DNA of 58,733 bases, counting the filler, from Candidatus Zhuqueibacterota bacterium (GTDB lineage Bacteria; BS750m-G25), in the NCBI GenBank assembly GCA_016783505.1. It is 4 parts of 4 records of this genome, joined end to end, with 100 filler letters (N's around TTAATTAATTAA, not from the genome) between each part and the next. Parts side by side here need not be neighbours in the genome. Positions count along the whole stretch, not along the records: positions 15,187 to 29,684 come from JADHWK010000053.1; positions 29,785 to 44,235 come from JADHWK010000054.1; 2 more parts are not named here. The stretch is one strand, 5' to 3'. A program made the translations under genes and the position numbers. The notes under the pieces are model-generated. The model was not told where the DNA came from, searched no databases, and saw only the letters and a list, made by a program, of their open reading frames with translations. Every line of letters starts with the position of its first letter. The first letter of the stretch is position 1. Shown in pieces: positions 29,104 to 38,442 of the stretch.

Positions 29104-29405
29104 AAAGATGCAAGAGTTTTTCTCACTTTTTTTACCCCGGAATGAAACGGATTAGGCACAAAATCTTTTAAAATCGAGGGGGGGTAAAAATTATAAAAAT
29201 TTTTCCGGGGATTATTATTTAACAAAAAATCCCTGAAAGCATTTACTGGGTATATTATTCCGGTCGATAAACCAATAATAGCCCTACCACATTCTATTGG
29301 CGAACAGGGGTCGTTTTATGAGGAAAACCAGTTCCGAATCAGATCTATTTGGAATTAGTTTGTCTTATCTTTATATTACAAAATTAACGGAAAAGAATCA
29401 AGGAA
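29104..29405 (-). repeat. conserved long leader A, copy 1
   Basis: Similar to 39927-40295; both lie between a TTGAyT promoter-like site and a minus-strand gene. Confidence 0.7.
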
Positions 29406-29684
29406 AATATTTCAAAAAACAAAAAGCCTACTCAAGATGAATGAATAGGCCTTGTTTCATAAAAATAGTAGAATTTTGGTAGAATTGACCCTTGTTTTAT
29501 AGCTAAAACCATCTATATTTAATAGAATTGACCTGGATACAACCCGGTTAGGGTTCTGGAACCGATTCCTTCCTGCTCCCGGCGGATGTTGTCATCCGCT
29601 CAGTCGGGCGCCTGACCGATCTTAGCAGGCGGGTCTTTGGCGGGCAGGCAACATCCTCGACGAGCACGGGTCCAGATTTTAATC

Positions 29685-29784
29685 NNNNNNNNNNNNNNNN
29701 NNNNNNNNNNNNNNNNNNNNNNNNNNNNTTAATTAATTAANNNNNNNNNNNNNNNNNNNNNNNNNNNNNNNNNNNNNNNNNNNN
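29685..29784. other. artificial contig linker
   Basis: N runs + TTAATTAATTAA. Confidence 0.98.
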
Positions 29785-29786
29785 CG

Positions 29787-30410
29787 GTTGAAGTGCCACT
29801 GTATTTGAGCAATGGGAGCAATATTCTTTCCTTTGAAGGATTGTTTACTTTCAATCCAGAGCATTTGGTTTTTGATGATTTAACCTGGTCAGAATTGTTA
29901 GATGGTTTTACCATTGAGACAAATGCTGAGACAGGCGAAATAAAAGTTGCCGGGGCAGGATCTCTTTCCGATGGTCAGGAAGGGGTTTTTGCCACATTGC
30001 AGTTTACAGTGAATGAGAACTTCAACGATAACGAGACAACCGTAATCCTTCAGAGACTTCGCTGGAATGAGGAGCCTGTGATGGAAGATGTTGCCACGGC
30101 AACGTTAGGGGTTTTAGGGATTAATGACAACCTTGCAGATATTCCAACCGAATTTGCGTTGTATCAGAACTACCCAAATCCCTTCAATCCGATAACCACC
30201 ATAAAATACGGACTTCCAAAGGGGTCAAAGGTAACCCTGAAGGTATTTGACATCCTCGGGCGGGAAGTGGCCACCTTGGTTAATGAGCATCAAGCTGCCG
30301 GTTACCAGCAGGTAAGCTGGGATGCCACCGGCCATTCGTCAGGGATCTATTTTTATCAAATTCAAGCGGGTGATTTTCAAAAGATTCGGAAGATGATCTT
30401 GCTGAAATAA
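29787..30410 (+). CDS. C-terminal part of a secreted protein: cohesin-like domain plus CTD (5' partial)
   Basis: VEVPLYLSN..SFEGLFTFNP..FATLQF cohesin-like pattern; QNYPNPFNP. Confidence 0.75.
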   Translation, partial: VEVPLYLSNGSNILSFEGLFTFNPEHLVFDDLTWSELLDGFTIETNAETGEIKVAGAGSLSDGQEGVFATLQFTVNENFNDNETTVILQRLRWNEEPVMEDVATATLGVLGINDNLADIPTEFALYQNYPNPFNPITTIKYGLPKGSKVTLKVFDILGREVATLVNEHQAAGYQQVSWDATGHSSGIYFYQIQAGDFQKIRKMILLK

Positions 30411-30465
30411 TGTGAATAGTCATCTTGGGCAATGATATGGATGCTTGAAATCCTCGATACAAACT

Positions 30466-30498
30466 TAAAAAATGGGCGATATTCTCGCCCATTTTTTT
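30466..30498 (+). terminator. bidirectional intrinsic terminator
   Basis: AAAAAATGGGCGATATTCTCGCCCATTTTTTT. Confidence 0.85.
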
Positions 30499-30608
30499 AA
30501 TTTATCCTTGACATTTTTTAAAGGTTTCTTTATATTGAAGGTGGTGACGAAGGCCGAAGATGATGATTTGTATTGTTACTCGCTGTTTTCCGATTGGTTC
30601 AAACGAGT

Positions 30609-31505
30609 ATGGGATTAAAAAAAAGTCTTGAGAAAATATTGCAGTTTTTGATTATTGGCCTTATCTTTTTTTTTCTGGTACGGAATGTGTATCAGAACTG
30701 GGGACAGGTACGCCAACATGAATGGGATTTTAATTATCTCCCATTGGTAGTTTCTTTTATTGCTTTGTTCTTCGGGCTTTTTTTAATGGTCGTAATCTGG
30801 AGGCATATCTTAAAGAAATTGGGCAGTCCACTTCAGTTTAAAAAATCCTGGAGAATCTGGTGGTATTCCAACATGGGGAGATATCTGCCTGGTAAAGTTT
30901 GGCAGGTCTTAGGTATGGTCTATTTGTGCGGACAGGAGAACATTCCTAAGGCCAAGTCTGCCACGAGCATAGTTATAGCCCAGGCGGTTTCAATACTCTC
31001 CGCCTTTTTTTTGATGGGTTTTTATGCCCTGTTCGCCAGCGTAGAAAATTTTCCCCAGGTCACCTATCTCCTTTTTTTGTTTATCCCTTTAGGATTGGTA
31101 GCCATCCACCCCTCTGTTCTTCAATGGGTGATAAACAAGTCTTTGAAAAAATTGAGAAGGGAGCCTATCGTACTAAATATCAAGTTTAGCGACATGGTTT
31201 CACTTTTCGTTTTTTACCTTGTAGGCTGGGGGGTCTACGGGACGGCCTTTTATTTTTTTATCAATTCAGTTCACGACCTCTCTGCGGCTTTGATTCCGGC
31301 GATAATCTGCATTTTTGCAACGGCTTACACCCTGGGTCTGCTCTTTTTTTTAATTCCAGGGGGATTGGGTATTAGAGAAGGTCTTTTAGCCACCCTTTTA
31401 AGCACATATATACCCCTGCCCATAGCTACTGTGATTGCGCTTTTGTCTCGAATTTGGTTCACTGCGGCTGAATTGGTCTGCCTCGGTTTTGCACTGAAAA
31501 GATAA
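30609..31505 (+). CDS. lysylphosphatidylglycerol synthase TM / flippase-like protein (UPF0104)
   Basis: GRYLPGKVW and PGGLGIREG motifs; multi-TM. Confidence 0.85.
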   Translation: MGLKKSLEKILQFLIIGLIFFFLVRNVYQNWGQVRQHEWDFNYLPLVVSFIALFFGLFLMVVIWRHILKKLGSPLQFKKSWRIWWYSNMGRYLPGKVWQVLGMVYLCGQENIPKAKSATSIVIAQAVSILSAFFLMGFYALFASVENFPQVTYLLFLFIPLGLVAIHPSVLQWVINKSLKKLRREPIVLNIKFSDMVSLFVFYLVGWGVYGTAFYFFINSVHDLSAALIPAIICIFATAYTLGLLFFLIPGGLGIREGLLATLLSTYIPLPIATVIALLSRIWFTAAELVCLGFALKR

Positions 31506-31506
31506 A

Positions 31507-33945
31507 ATGGCGAAAAAGAAGAGAAAAGCGGCTAAAACTGAAGAGAAAAGGGTTACCCGTCATGTAAAACCATCGATTTTTAACCAGAAATCTCGCACTT
31601 TTGATCTGTTAGCTATCGGTGGCTTTTTAGTTTTAGTGGTGGTTCTGTTCAGGGAGTTTCTGTTTTCTGACGGTATGCTCTTTGGAACCGATACCATCGC
31701 TGCCGGGGTAATGTTCAGAACCTTTTATGCTAATTTTGTGCGGCAATTTCACCAAATGCCTTTATGGCAGCCTTATCTGCTTGGTGGTATGCCCTTTGTT
31801 GATGCCATGCACGGGGATACCTTCTATCCCTTGGCCTTTTTGAAGTTTTTCATTCCCATCCACAGGGCTTTGGGGCTTAAGCTGGTGCTGAGCATCCTTC
31901 TTGCTGGTGTTGGTATGTATTACTATATCAAGTCTCTGGGTATTGACAGAAAGGTGGCTTTTTTGGGGGGGGTGGTTTATCTATTGGCCGCTGATCTTGT
32001 GACTTTAGTTTATGCGGGGCATGATAGCAAGATATACATTATGTCCCTTCTTCCCTTTGTTTTTATGGTTCTGGAAAAGGCACTTGGAACGGGTAGGTTT
32101 ATCAATTTCACCTTATTGGGTGGTTTAATTGGGCTAATGATTTTATCCTCCCATATGCAACTTGCCTACTATAGTATGTGGGCAGTGGGCCTGTATTTTC
32201 TTTATCGCATTATTTGGAGTATAAAGAAGAAAGAGGAGAAAAAGTTAATATTTAAGATAAGCATATTCTTTATTCTGGCCTTAATTATTGGTGTTGGATT
32301 TGGCCTGGTGCAGTTTTTATCCCCTTATCCCTATCTGGGGAACTTCTCCAAGAGGGCCGGTCCGGAGAGAAGCACTTATGAATGGGCGACCTCGTGGTCC
32401 ATCCATCCCGAAGAGGTAGCCTCTCTGGTGGTTCCAGGATTTGTCAACTTTCTTGATGATTACTGGGGGAAGAACCCTTTCCGCCTCAACTGTAGCTACC
32501 TGGGAATCCTCCCCCTCTTTTTCTCTATTTTGGCCATATTCTACTTCAGGGACAGAAGGGCCATAGTATTCTCGTGTTTGGGCCTTCTGATGTTGATCAA
32601 TGCCCTGGGGGCTACAACCCCTTTTTACAGGATCTTTTACCATCTGGTCCCTGGGGTGAAGAAATTCAGGGCCTGTGGGATGAGTATGTTTGTTTTCTCT
32701 TTTTTGATGGTTGTGGTAGGTGGAATAGGATTGAATAAGGTTATCCACCTTAATTTGGATAAAGTAAAGCGGGAGAAGCTTATCAAGGGCTTAGGAATTG
32801 CCCTTGGTGTCTTTTTGGGATTGATGTTGCTAACCTTGATTGCCGGGAGTTCCCTCCTTTCTATCTGGAAGTCGGTCTTCTATTCGCAAATCTTGCCTGA
32901 TAAGGCCCAGATAATGCGGGAAAATCTACCCAACTTCAAGCGTGGTTTCTTTATCTCATCCCTCTTTTTGAGTGGGGGCATTTGGCTGACTATTTCCAAG
33001 TTAAAGGGTAAATTCTCCAATCAGGTTTTTCTCTTTACCCTGGTTCCCATAGTGATCATAGACCTCTGGAGGATTGATACCAAATTCGTCAAAGTTGTTG
33101 ACTTCCAGGGGTATTTCAGGAAGGATTCGGCCATCGAGTTTCTGCAGAAAGAAAGGGAGCCTTTCCGCTGTTTCCCCCTACCAGGAACATATCCCTATAA
33201 TCATCTGGCGCTCTTTGGAATTGAAGAGGTTGCTGGTCATCATGGGAATGAATTGAGATGGTATGATGAATTCGTTGGGGGGAACTATTTGACCAATTTA
33301 ACCTATAGATTACAAAAAAACGATATAGGCGGTAACCCATTTTTAAACTTGCTGAATGTCAGATATCTGCTTTATCGTCCCGAGAAGAATGAACCGGTGA
33401 AGCTAATCAAAAACAGAGGTTATCTCCCCCGAGCCTTTACCGTCTCCAGGTATGAGGTTCTTCAAGGGAAGGAAGGGGTGTTAAGTCGGATCAAGGATCC
33501 AAATTTTGATTACCGGAATACGATCATTTTGGAGGAGGATCCACAAGTCAATATTGATCCACAGGATACAACGGGTTCACCTGGGAAAGTGGAAATCTTT
33601 GATAACAGGATAAACAGTTTTAAGGTTAAGGCAGATATGAAGAGGCCTGGTTTTCTCTTCCTGAGCGAGAACTACTACCCGGCCTGGAGGGCTTGGGTTG
33701 ATGGCAAAGAGACAAAAATCTACCGGGCAGACTATACTTTCCGGGCCGTCTATCTGGATGAGGGTAAACATATAGTCAGATTTGTCTTCGACTCTAAACC
33801 ATATATGATTGGGAAATGGGTGAGCATTTTGACACTCATTTTTATCATCGGCTGTATAGCTTGGGAGCTTAAAAGGTCCCGTAAACTAGCTAAGCTCCGC
33901 CTCCCTGACAGGGCAGGCAAACCGAGGAGGGGGGGAACAACATAA
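31507..33945 (+). CDS. YfhO family membrane protein (GT-C-like)
   Basis: PLWQPYLLGGMPF; many TM helices; LSENYYPAWRAWVDG..G.HIV.F C-domain. Confidence 0.88.
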   Translation: MAKKKRKAAKTEEKRVTRHVKPSIFNQKSRTFDLLAIGGFLVLVVVLFREFLFSDGMLFGTDTIAAGVMFRTFYANFVRQFHQMPLWQPYLLGGMPFVDAMHGDTFYPLAFLKFFIPIHRALGLKLVLSILLAGVGMYYYIKSLGIDRKVAFLGGVVYLLAADLVTLVYAGHDSKIYIMSLLPFVFMVLEKALGTGRFINFTLLGGLIGLMILSSHMQLAYYSMWAVGLYFLYRIIWSIKKKEEKKLIFKISIFFILALIIGVGFGLVQFLSPYPYLGNFSKRAGPERSTYEWATSWSIHPEEVASLVVPGFVNFLDDYWGKNPFRLNCSYLGILPLFFSILAIFYFRDRRAIVFSCLGLLMLINALGATTPFYRIFYHLVPGVKKFRACGMSMFVFSFLMVVVGGIGLNKVIHLNLDKVKREKLIKGLGIALGVFLGLMLLTLIAGSSLLSIWKSVFYSQILPDKAQIMRENLPNFKRGFFISSLFLSGGIWLTISKLKGKFSNQVFLFTLVPIVIIDLWRIDTKFVKVVDFQGYFRKDSAIEFLQKEREPFRCFPLPGTYPYNHLALFGIEEVAGHHGNELRWYDEFVGGNYLTNLTYRLQKNDIGGNPFLNLLNVRYLLYRPEKNEPVKLIKNRGYLPRAFTVSRYEVLQGKEGVLSRIKDPNFDYRNTIILEEDPQVNIDPQDTTGSPGKVEIFDNRINSFKVKADMKRPGFLFLSENYYPAWRAWVDGKETKIYRADYTFRAVYLDEGKHIVRFVFDSKPYMIGKWVSILTLIFIIGCIAWELKRSRKLAKLRLPDRAGKPRRGGTT

Positions 33946-34401
33946 ATTGGGCAAAGCTCTAATATGCCCTATTTTGCCATTTTAGCTCTGTGAATGCCTT
34001 TTCACCCTTTAATATAGTCGTCAACAGATGTAATGGACTTCAAGGGTCAGTATCTCTACTGACTGTATCTTGGATGGAAAGGCAGGCCCTTATTCTGAAA
34101 GCGATTCCCCTTCTCCCTGTAATTTTTATGGGGACACGACGTAAAAATTCTTTCATTCATCAGACAATTTCCTGCGTTAAGGATGAAGAATTAATTACGC
34201 ATTTGGGGCTGGAATATTATGATTGATTTTAAAGCTAGCAAGAAACCGAGGGTATTGGTTATTGGTGGTGATAAATGTCCCCATTACTTTCCCCCCGGAA
34301 ACCATTGTCATGCCTGACTGATAGGAATAAATTCCTATGCTAAATCTGAGAAAGTATGTTGAAACATACTGTTATTAGTCCAGAAGCTTCGGAATACAAA
34401 A

Positions 34402-35244
34402 ATGCAACCTCAGAAGAAAGTTGGCCTTGCCTTGAGCGGGGGGGCGGTGCTGGGGATCGCCCACCTGGGAGTGATCAAGGTGCTGGAGGAAAACGAAATC
34501 CCCATCCACTGTGTGGCCGGGACCAGCGCCGGGTCGCTGGCCGGGGCTTTTCTGGCCGCCGGGTATACCTCTTCCCATCTTTGGGATCTGGTCAAAGACC
34601 TCTCCTGGGGGAAAATCGGACGGGTGACCGTGCCCAGAATGGGGCTTTTGAACTCTAAACTTTTGCAACGATATGTGGAAAGGAAGTTGGGGAAGATTTC
34701 GTTTTCGGGGCTGAAGATGCCCTTTGCCGCGGTGGCGGTGGACATTACCACAGGGGAAGAGATGGTCTTCACCGAAGGGTCGGTGGCCGAGGCGGTGAGG
34801 GCTAGTTGCATTATTCCCGGCATCCTCACCCCCCTGGAAAAAGACGGAAGGATCTACGTGGATGGGGGACTGCGGAACTTTCTGCCAGTGGACGTCGCCC
34901 GGCAGTTAGGGGCCGATTATGTCATCGCCGTAAAATTGGTCCCTTCCATCCGGAAAAGAAAGAGGCCTGAAAATGTCATTCAGATCATGATTAACTCCTT
35001 CGACCTGGTGGTGCGGCGGCTTGGGGAGGGTTCCCCCGGCGGCGACACCAACATTCAGCCCAACCTGGAAGGGCTTAACGCCTATGATTTTGATCAGGCC
35101 GAGGAGCTACTCAACCGGGGTGAGGCCGCCGCCCGAAAGGTAATTCCCCAGATAAAACAGGATCTCGAAGGGGTTCCGCTGATCAAGGGGATATGGAAAA
35201 GGGTTAAAGAAACATTTACTGTGGGGGACAGGTACCAGGGATGA
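34402..35244 (+). CDS. patatin-like phospholipase (RssA/NTE family)
   Basis: ALSGGAVLG, GTSAG and DGG motifs. Confidence 0.92.
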   Translation: MQPQKKVGLALSGGAVLGIAHLGVIKVLEENEIPIHCVAGTSAGSLAGAFLAAGYTSSHLWDLVKDLSWGKIGRVTVPRMGLLNSKLLQRYVERKLGKISFSGLKMPFAAVAVDITTGEEMVFTEGSVAEAVRASCIIPGILTPLEKDGRIYVDGGLRNFLPVDVARQLGADYVIAVKLVPSIRKRKRPENVIQIMINSFDLVVRRLGEGSPGGDTNIQPNLEGLNAYDFDQAEELLNRGEAAARKVIPQIKQDLEGVPLIKGIWKRVKETFTVGDRYQG

Positions 35245-35320
35245 CCCGCCTGACAAGATTGGCGGGCAGGTAACATCCTCGGCGAGCACAGGTGAAAATA
35301 CTGATGAAGTTTATATACTA

Positions 35321-35352
35321 AAAAACCAGCAACATTTCGGTGCTGGTTTTTG
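35321..35352. terminator. bidirectional terminator between convergent genes
   Basis: AAAAAACCAGCA-ACATTTCGG-TGCTGGTTTTT. Confidence 0.8.
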
Positions 35353-35407
35353 TTTTTCTATTTTTCTTCTGAAAGTGTTCGTTTGCGTATTTCTTTGTTA
35401 CAATAGA

Positions 35408-36151
35408 TCAATTAATTACCTCAATTATATAGCCTGATCCCAACTGGTTCACTGGATAAAACTTTGAATGCAGTAGAATCTTTTCACCAATTCCTTTACC
35501 AAAAGAAATGTCAAAATATTTATAAATTGGGTAAACAATTGAACCAAACAATGCACCAGTTAAGGCAGTAGGTAGAATATCACCTGCTTTTAAATCCGAA
35601 ATGCCAAAGTTCTCCTTTTCATCAATAGCATTTTCAATTGTTATACTAGCAAATATTGCTGCACCAATGCCTGCACCGATGAAAATAAACTTCGGTGTTT
35701 TGAAAAGATCATCTTTTGTGAATTTTCTATTATATAGGTAAATGGCTTCTACATTTGCTATTGGTATTATTATGGTTGGCTTTTTATTGCTAATAATACG
35801 AACATCGTTATTGGGATCTCTATAATTCTCTGGTAAGTTATTAAATTTTTTCCAAGCGTGCGATCTCAAACGAATAAAATCATTATTTATTTCAACAATA
35901 TTTGCAGTAACAGGGGTTTCAACATACCTACAAATCCCACCTTTACATTCTTGAATCAAAGCATTAGTAGAATAATTCCGATCATTATCTTTCCATTTAA
36001 TGAAAAGCTGATGCTTCTTTGATATTTCGACTTTTTCATATTTATTTGAAAGGACCAATATGCCTGTATTATATAAAATTATCTGTTGGTGAGAACACCC
36101 AATAAATAGGACGGCAAATATTAAAATATTCAAAATGGCGTTTTTTTTCAT
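35408..36151 (-). CDS. hypothetical lipoprotein (AT-rich)
   Basis: LFIGC lipobox; two hydrophobic segments in the C-terminal half. Confidence 0.7.
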   Translation of the reverse strand: MKKNAILNILIFAVLFIGCSHQQIILYNTGILVLSNKYEKVEISKKHQLFIKWKDNDRNYSTNALIQECKGGICRYVETPVTANIVEINNDFIRLRSHAWKKFNNLPENYRDPNNDVRIISNKKPTIIIPIANVEAIYLYNRKFTKDDLFKTPKFIFIGAGIGAAIFASITIENAIDEKENFGISDLKAGDILPTALTGALFGSIVYPIYKYFDISFGKGIGEKILLHSKFYPVNQLGSGYIIEVIN

Positions 36152-36196
36152 ATTAGTTCTAAATGATCATTTTTACTATAGGAGCCATAATCATTG

Positions 36197-37027
36197 TCAC
36201 TTCCCCCGTTCTCTGGCCCACTGGAGATCGAACAGTGGTAGAAGATGCCATTGGGTACCAAAGGGATATTCACCGAATACCAGCTTATATCCGAAGGCCA
36301 AACGAAATCTGAGACTCTTGTTCCAGACAATGAGCCCCTTGTGCTCAAAAGCAAAGTCCTCATCTAAGCCTGGTAAGAGAAATACATCGGCATCAATGAG
36401 AAAATCTACACGTTTTGTCACATCCCTGAGAACATCAGCTCCAGCATTTACGCCATATCCGTTGTAATACACACCAAGCCGGGAAAAGACGATAGGAAGG
36501 TCGATAGTAGTTCGACTATCGAGTTCTCCTGTTTTAATGGCCAAAACAAGCCCTACTTTCACCGTAACCAATGTAGAGCGTCCGAATGACCGACTCAAAA
36601 TCACCTCGTTCCGTGAAGAAACCATGTGAGGAATTTGAGGTATGTCTGGATCACCAGAAATGATCCCACCCACATCCATATCAGCCAGTGCCTGTATGCC
36701 AAACCCCTTTATTCTGAGTTTTCGCAATAAAGGCGTTGGATACACTAAACTATGTCGGGTAGCCATGTACCATTCGTGAAATTGTGAGTGGGAGATCTTG
36801 ATGGTCACATTGGGAATCAAGAAATCGAGGATGGGGTGGGTAGACCACTCCAGGGATTCGGTTTGGCCGTAGCGCAGCGGTTGGAACATACCGACTTCGA
36901 ACCGACCCTTGGGGAGGGTATGGGCGGTTCCCGCTGACCAGGGGGCGTTAGTTGGAGCGGCAGTAGCAGCGACACTCACTAGGGATAGAACGTAGACAAC
37001 ACCGGTCAACCTTTTTGTTCTTTTCAT
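36197..37027 (-). CDS. secreted or outer-membrane hypothetical protein
   Basis: Signal peptide; TAHTLPKG; start overlaps the upstream stop. Confidence 0.75.
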   Translation of the reverse strand: MKRTKRLTGVVYVLSLVSVAATAAPTNAPWSAGTAHTLPKGRFEVGMFQPLRYGQTESLEWSTHPILDFLIPNVTIKISHSQFHEWYMATRHSLVYPTPLLRKLRIKGFGIQALADMDVGGIISGDPDIPQIPHMVSSRNEVILSRSFGRSTLVTVKVGLVLAIKTGELDSRTTIDLPIVFSRLGVYYNGYGVNAGADVLRDVTKRVDFLIDADVFLLPGLDEDFAFEHKGLIVWNKSLRFRLAFGYKLVFGEYPFGTQWHLLPLFDLQWARERGK

Positions 37028-38115
37028 GGTGACACCACCAGCCTAGCACTCACCGGTGCATGGTCCGACTGAAAAGCAGCCTGATGTGTAGAATCAGAGC
37101 CAGCCACCCAGGTGCCGTTTGTGAACAGGTAATCCAACTTCCGATTCCATGTTGTATTCGTATTGACGACGTTGTGGGTAAAATACCGAGAATTATCCAA
37201 TAAGTAATCACTTAACGGGACGGCAGGTTGATAACTATCATATAGGTCATTCAGCCATTCTGTTTCATTGCTGAAGTCGCTGCCGTCACGGCAAGAGCCA
37301 GGATCGTCTTCAGGGCAACGATCCTCGTCACAATAGTTGGTAGAATCAGAACCCGGGGGAATCTCATTCAAATCCCCTCCTGCTACAAATAAAGCACCGA
37401 GTCCCACATTGACATTGTCTAACTCATCTTTGAAGCGGTCAATCTGCTTTTTCTTGGTATCATCTATGGCAAAAGCTGTGGTGTGGGTATTTAGCACATA
37501 AAAGTTGTCATGGTTAGGCAGGCCTATTCTGACCTTCAATATATTCCATCTCAGATAAAAGTAGCTAGTCAAGGCGTCCTGATCGGATCTTCTCGGTAAG
37601 GCGATACGTTCCGCATCTATAATCTGCCACCGAGATAATATTGCTGATCCCTCGTTCATCCTCCCCAGTCCATCGCTGGGAATGAATTGTACCTTCCATA
37701 CGGAAGCGAAAGCGCCGTAATTCAAGTCTGTACGATCAAGCAGCCACTGCATCTGATCAACATACGCGCTGCGCTTGGAATCCACATCTACTTCTTGCAG
37801 GAGGACGATGTCAGGATCAACTTGGTTAAGGTAATCCGCCAGATCTTCCAGATGACTGATCACCTCATCTTCGGTCATCAGCACCCGGTCACCACAAGCA
37901 TCAACAAACCAAGGGATACGTGCAGCAGCAAACCTGATATTCCACGTCATAACGAGCAATGTATCCGGTCTTGTTGGCGGTGCAGTCATATCCGCTGCCT
38001 TGTATAATACCGCATCTTCAAGATCTTCAAACCGGGTAGCAATAGGCTCGCAAGACCAAAAGAGTAAACTGGGCAAGAGCAGCAAGAATGATATTTTGAA
38101 TAGGCTAAATTTCAT
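37024..38115 (-). CDS. endonuclease/exonuclease/phosphatase family lipoprotein
   Basis: MTWNI, LQEVD, GGDLN, LDYLF and SDH motifs; FWSC lipobox. Confidence 0.92.
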   Translation of the reverse strand: MKFSLFKISFLLLLPSLLFWSCEPIATRFEDLEDAVLYKAADMTAPPTRPDTLLVMTWNIRFAAARIPWFVDACGDRVLMTEDEVISHLEDLADYLNQVDPDIVLLQEVDVDSKRSAYVDQMQWLLDRTDLNYGAFASVWKVQFIPSDGLGRMNEGSAILSRWQIIDAERIALPRRSDQDALTSYFYLRWNILKVRIGLPNHDNFYVLNTHTTAFAIDDTKKKQIDRFKDELDNVNVGLGALFVAGGDLNEIPPGSDSTNYCDEDRCPEDDPGSCRDGSDFSNETEWLNDLYDSYQPAVPLSDYLLDNSRYFTHNVVNTNTTWNRKLDYLFTNGTWVAGSDSTHQAAFQSDHAPVSARLVVSP

Positions 38116-38272
38116 ACGGCATTTGTAAAATTGTCGGCAAAATTGGATGATATTGAAATGTTAAGGGAGTTAAAATGGACAATTTTTGGCCAATTGACCC
38201 TGTTTTTATAGCTAAAATCACTTGATCAAGAGTCAGTTACTCTGCCCAATTGATTTAAGCAGGGATAAAATC

Positions 38273-38405
38273 TCACTTCAACAAAACCATCTTCCTCACC
38301 TTCTGAAACTTCCCTGCTTGAATTTGATAAAAATAGATTCCAGACGAGTGACTGGTAGCAACCCAGTTGATCTGATGGTAACCGGCAGCCTGAAGTTCAT
38401 CAATC
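38273..38405 (-). pseudogene. isolated CTD fragment
   Basis: DELQAAGYHQINWVATSHSSGIYFYQIQAGKFQKVRKMVLLK*; DNA closely resembles the other CTD copies. Confidence 0.8.
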
Positions 38406-38442
38406 AATTCCAATGTTAAATTTCTATAACCTCTCATACTAT

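Noticed and set aside
29270-29295. GGTAGGGCTA (minus strand) resembling part of the c-di-AMP (ydaO) riboswitch
   Set aside because: The other conserved blocks (GGGGGAACC, GGGGTGAA, CCCGAA..CAGCTAA) are absent.
20730-30410. Diversity-generating retroelement TR/VR explanation for the repeated CTD DNA
   Set aside because: Differences between copies are not visibly restricted to adenines, and no reverse transcriptase is in the window.
33913-33970. GGCAAACC..GCAAAGC resembling a c-di-GMP-I riboswitch
   Set aside because: The GAAA-capped stem is missing and the motif overlaps the yfhO 3' end and a dispersed repeat.
33990-34226. 78-aa ORF between yfhO and the patatin gene
   Set aside because: No clear RBS or recognisable domain; cannot be supported.
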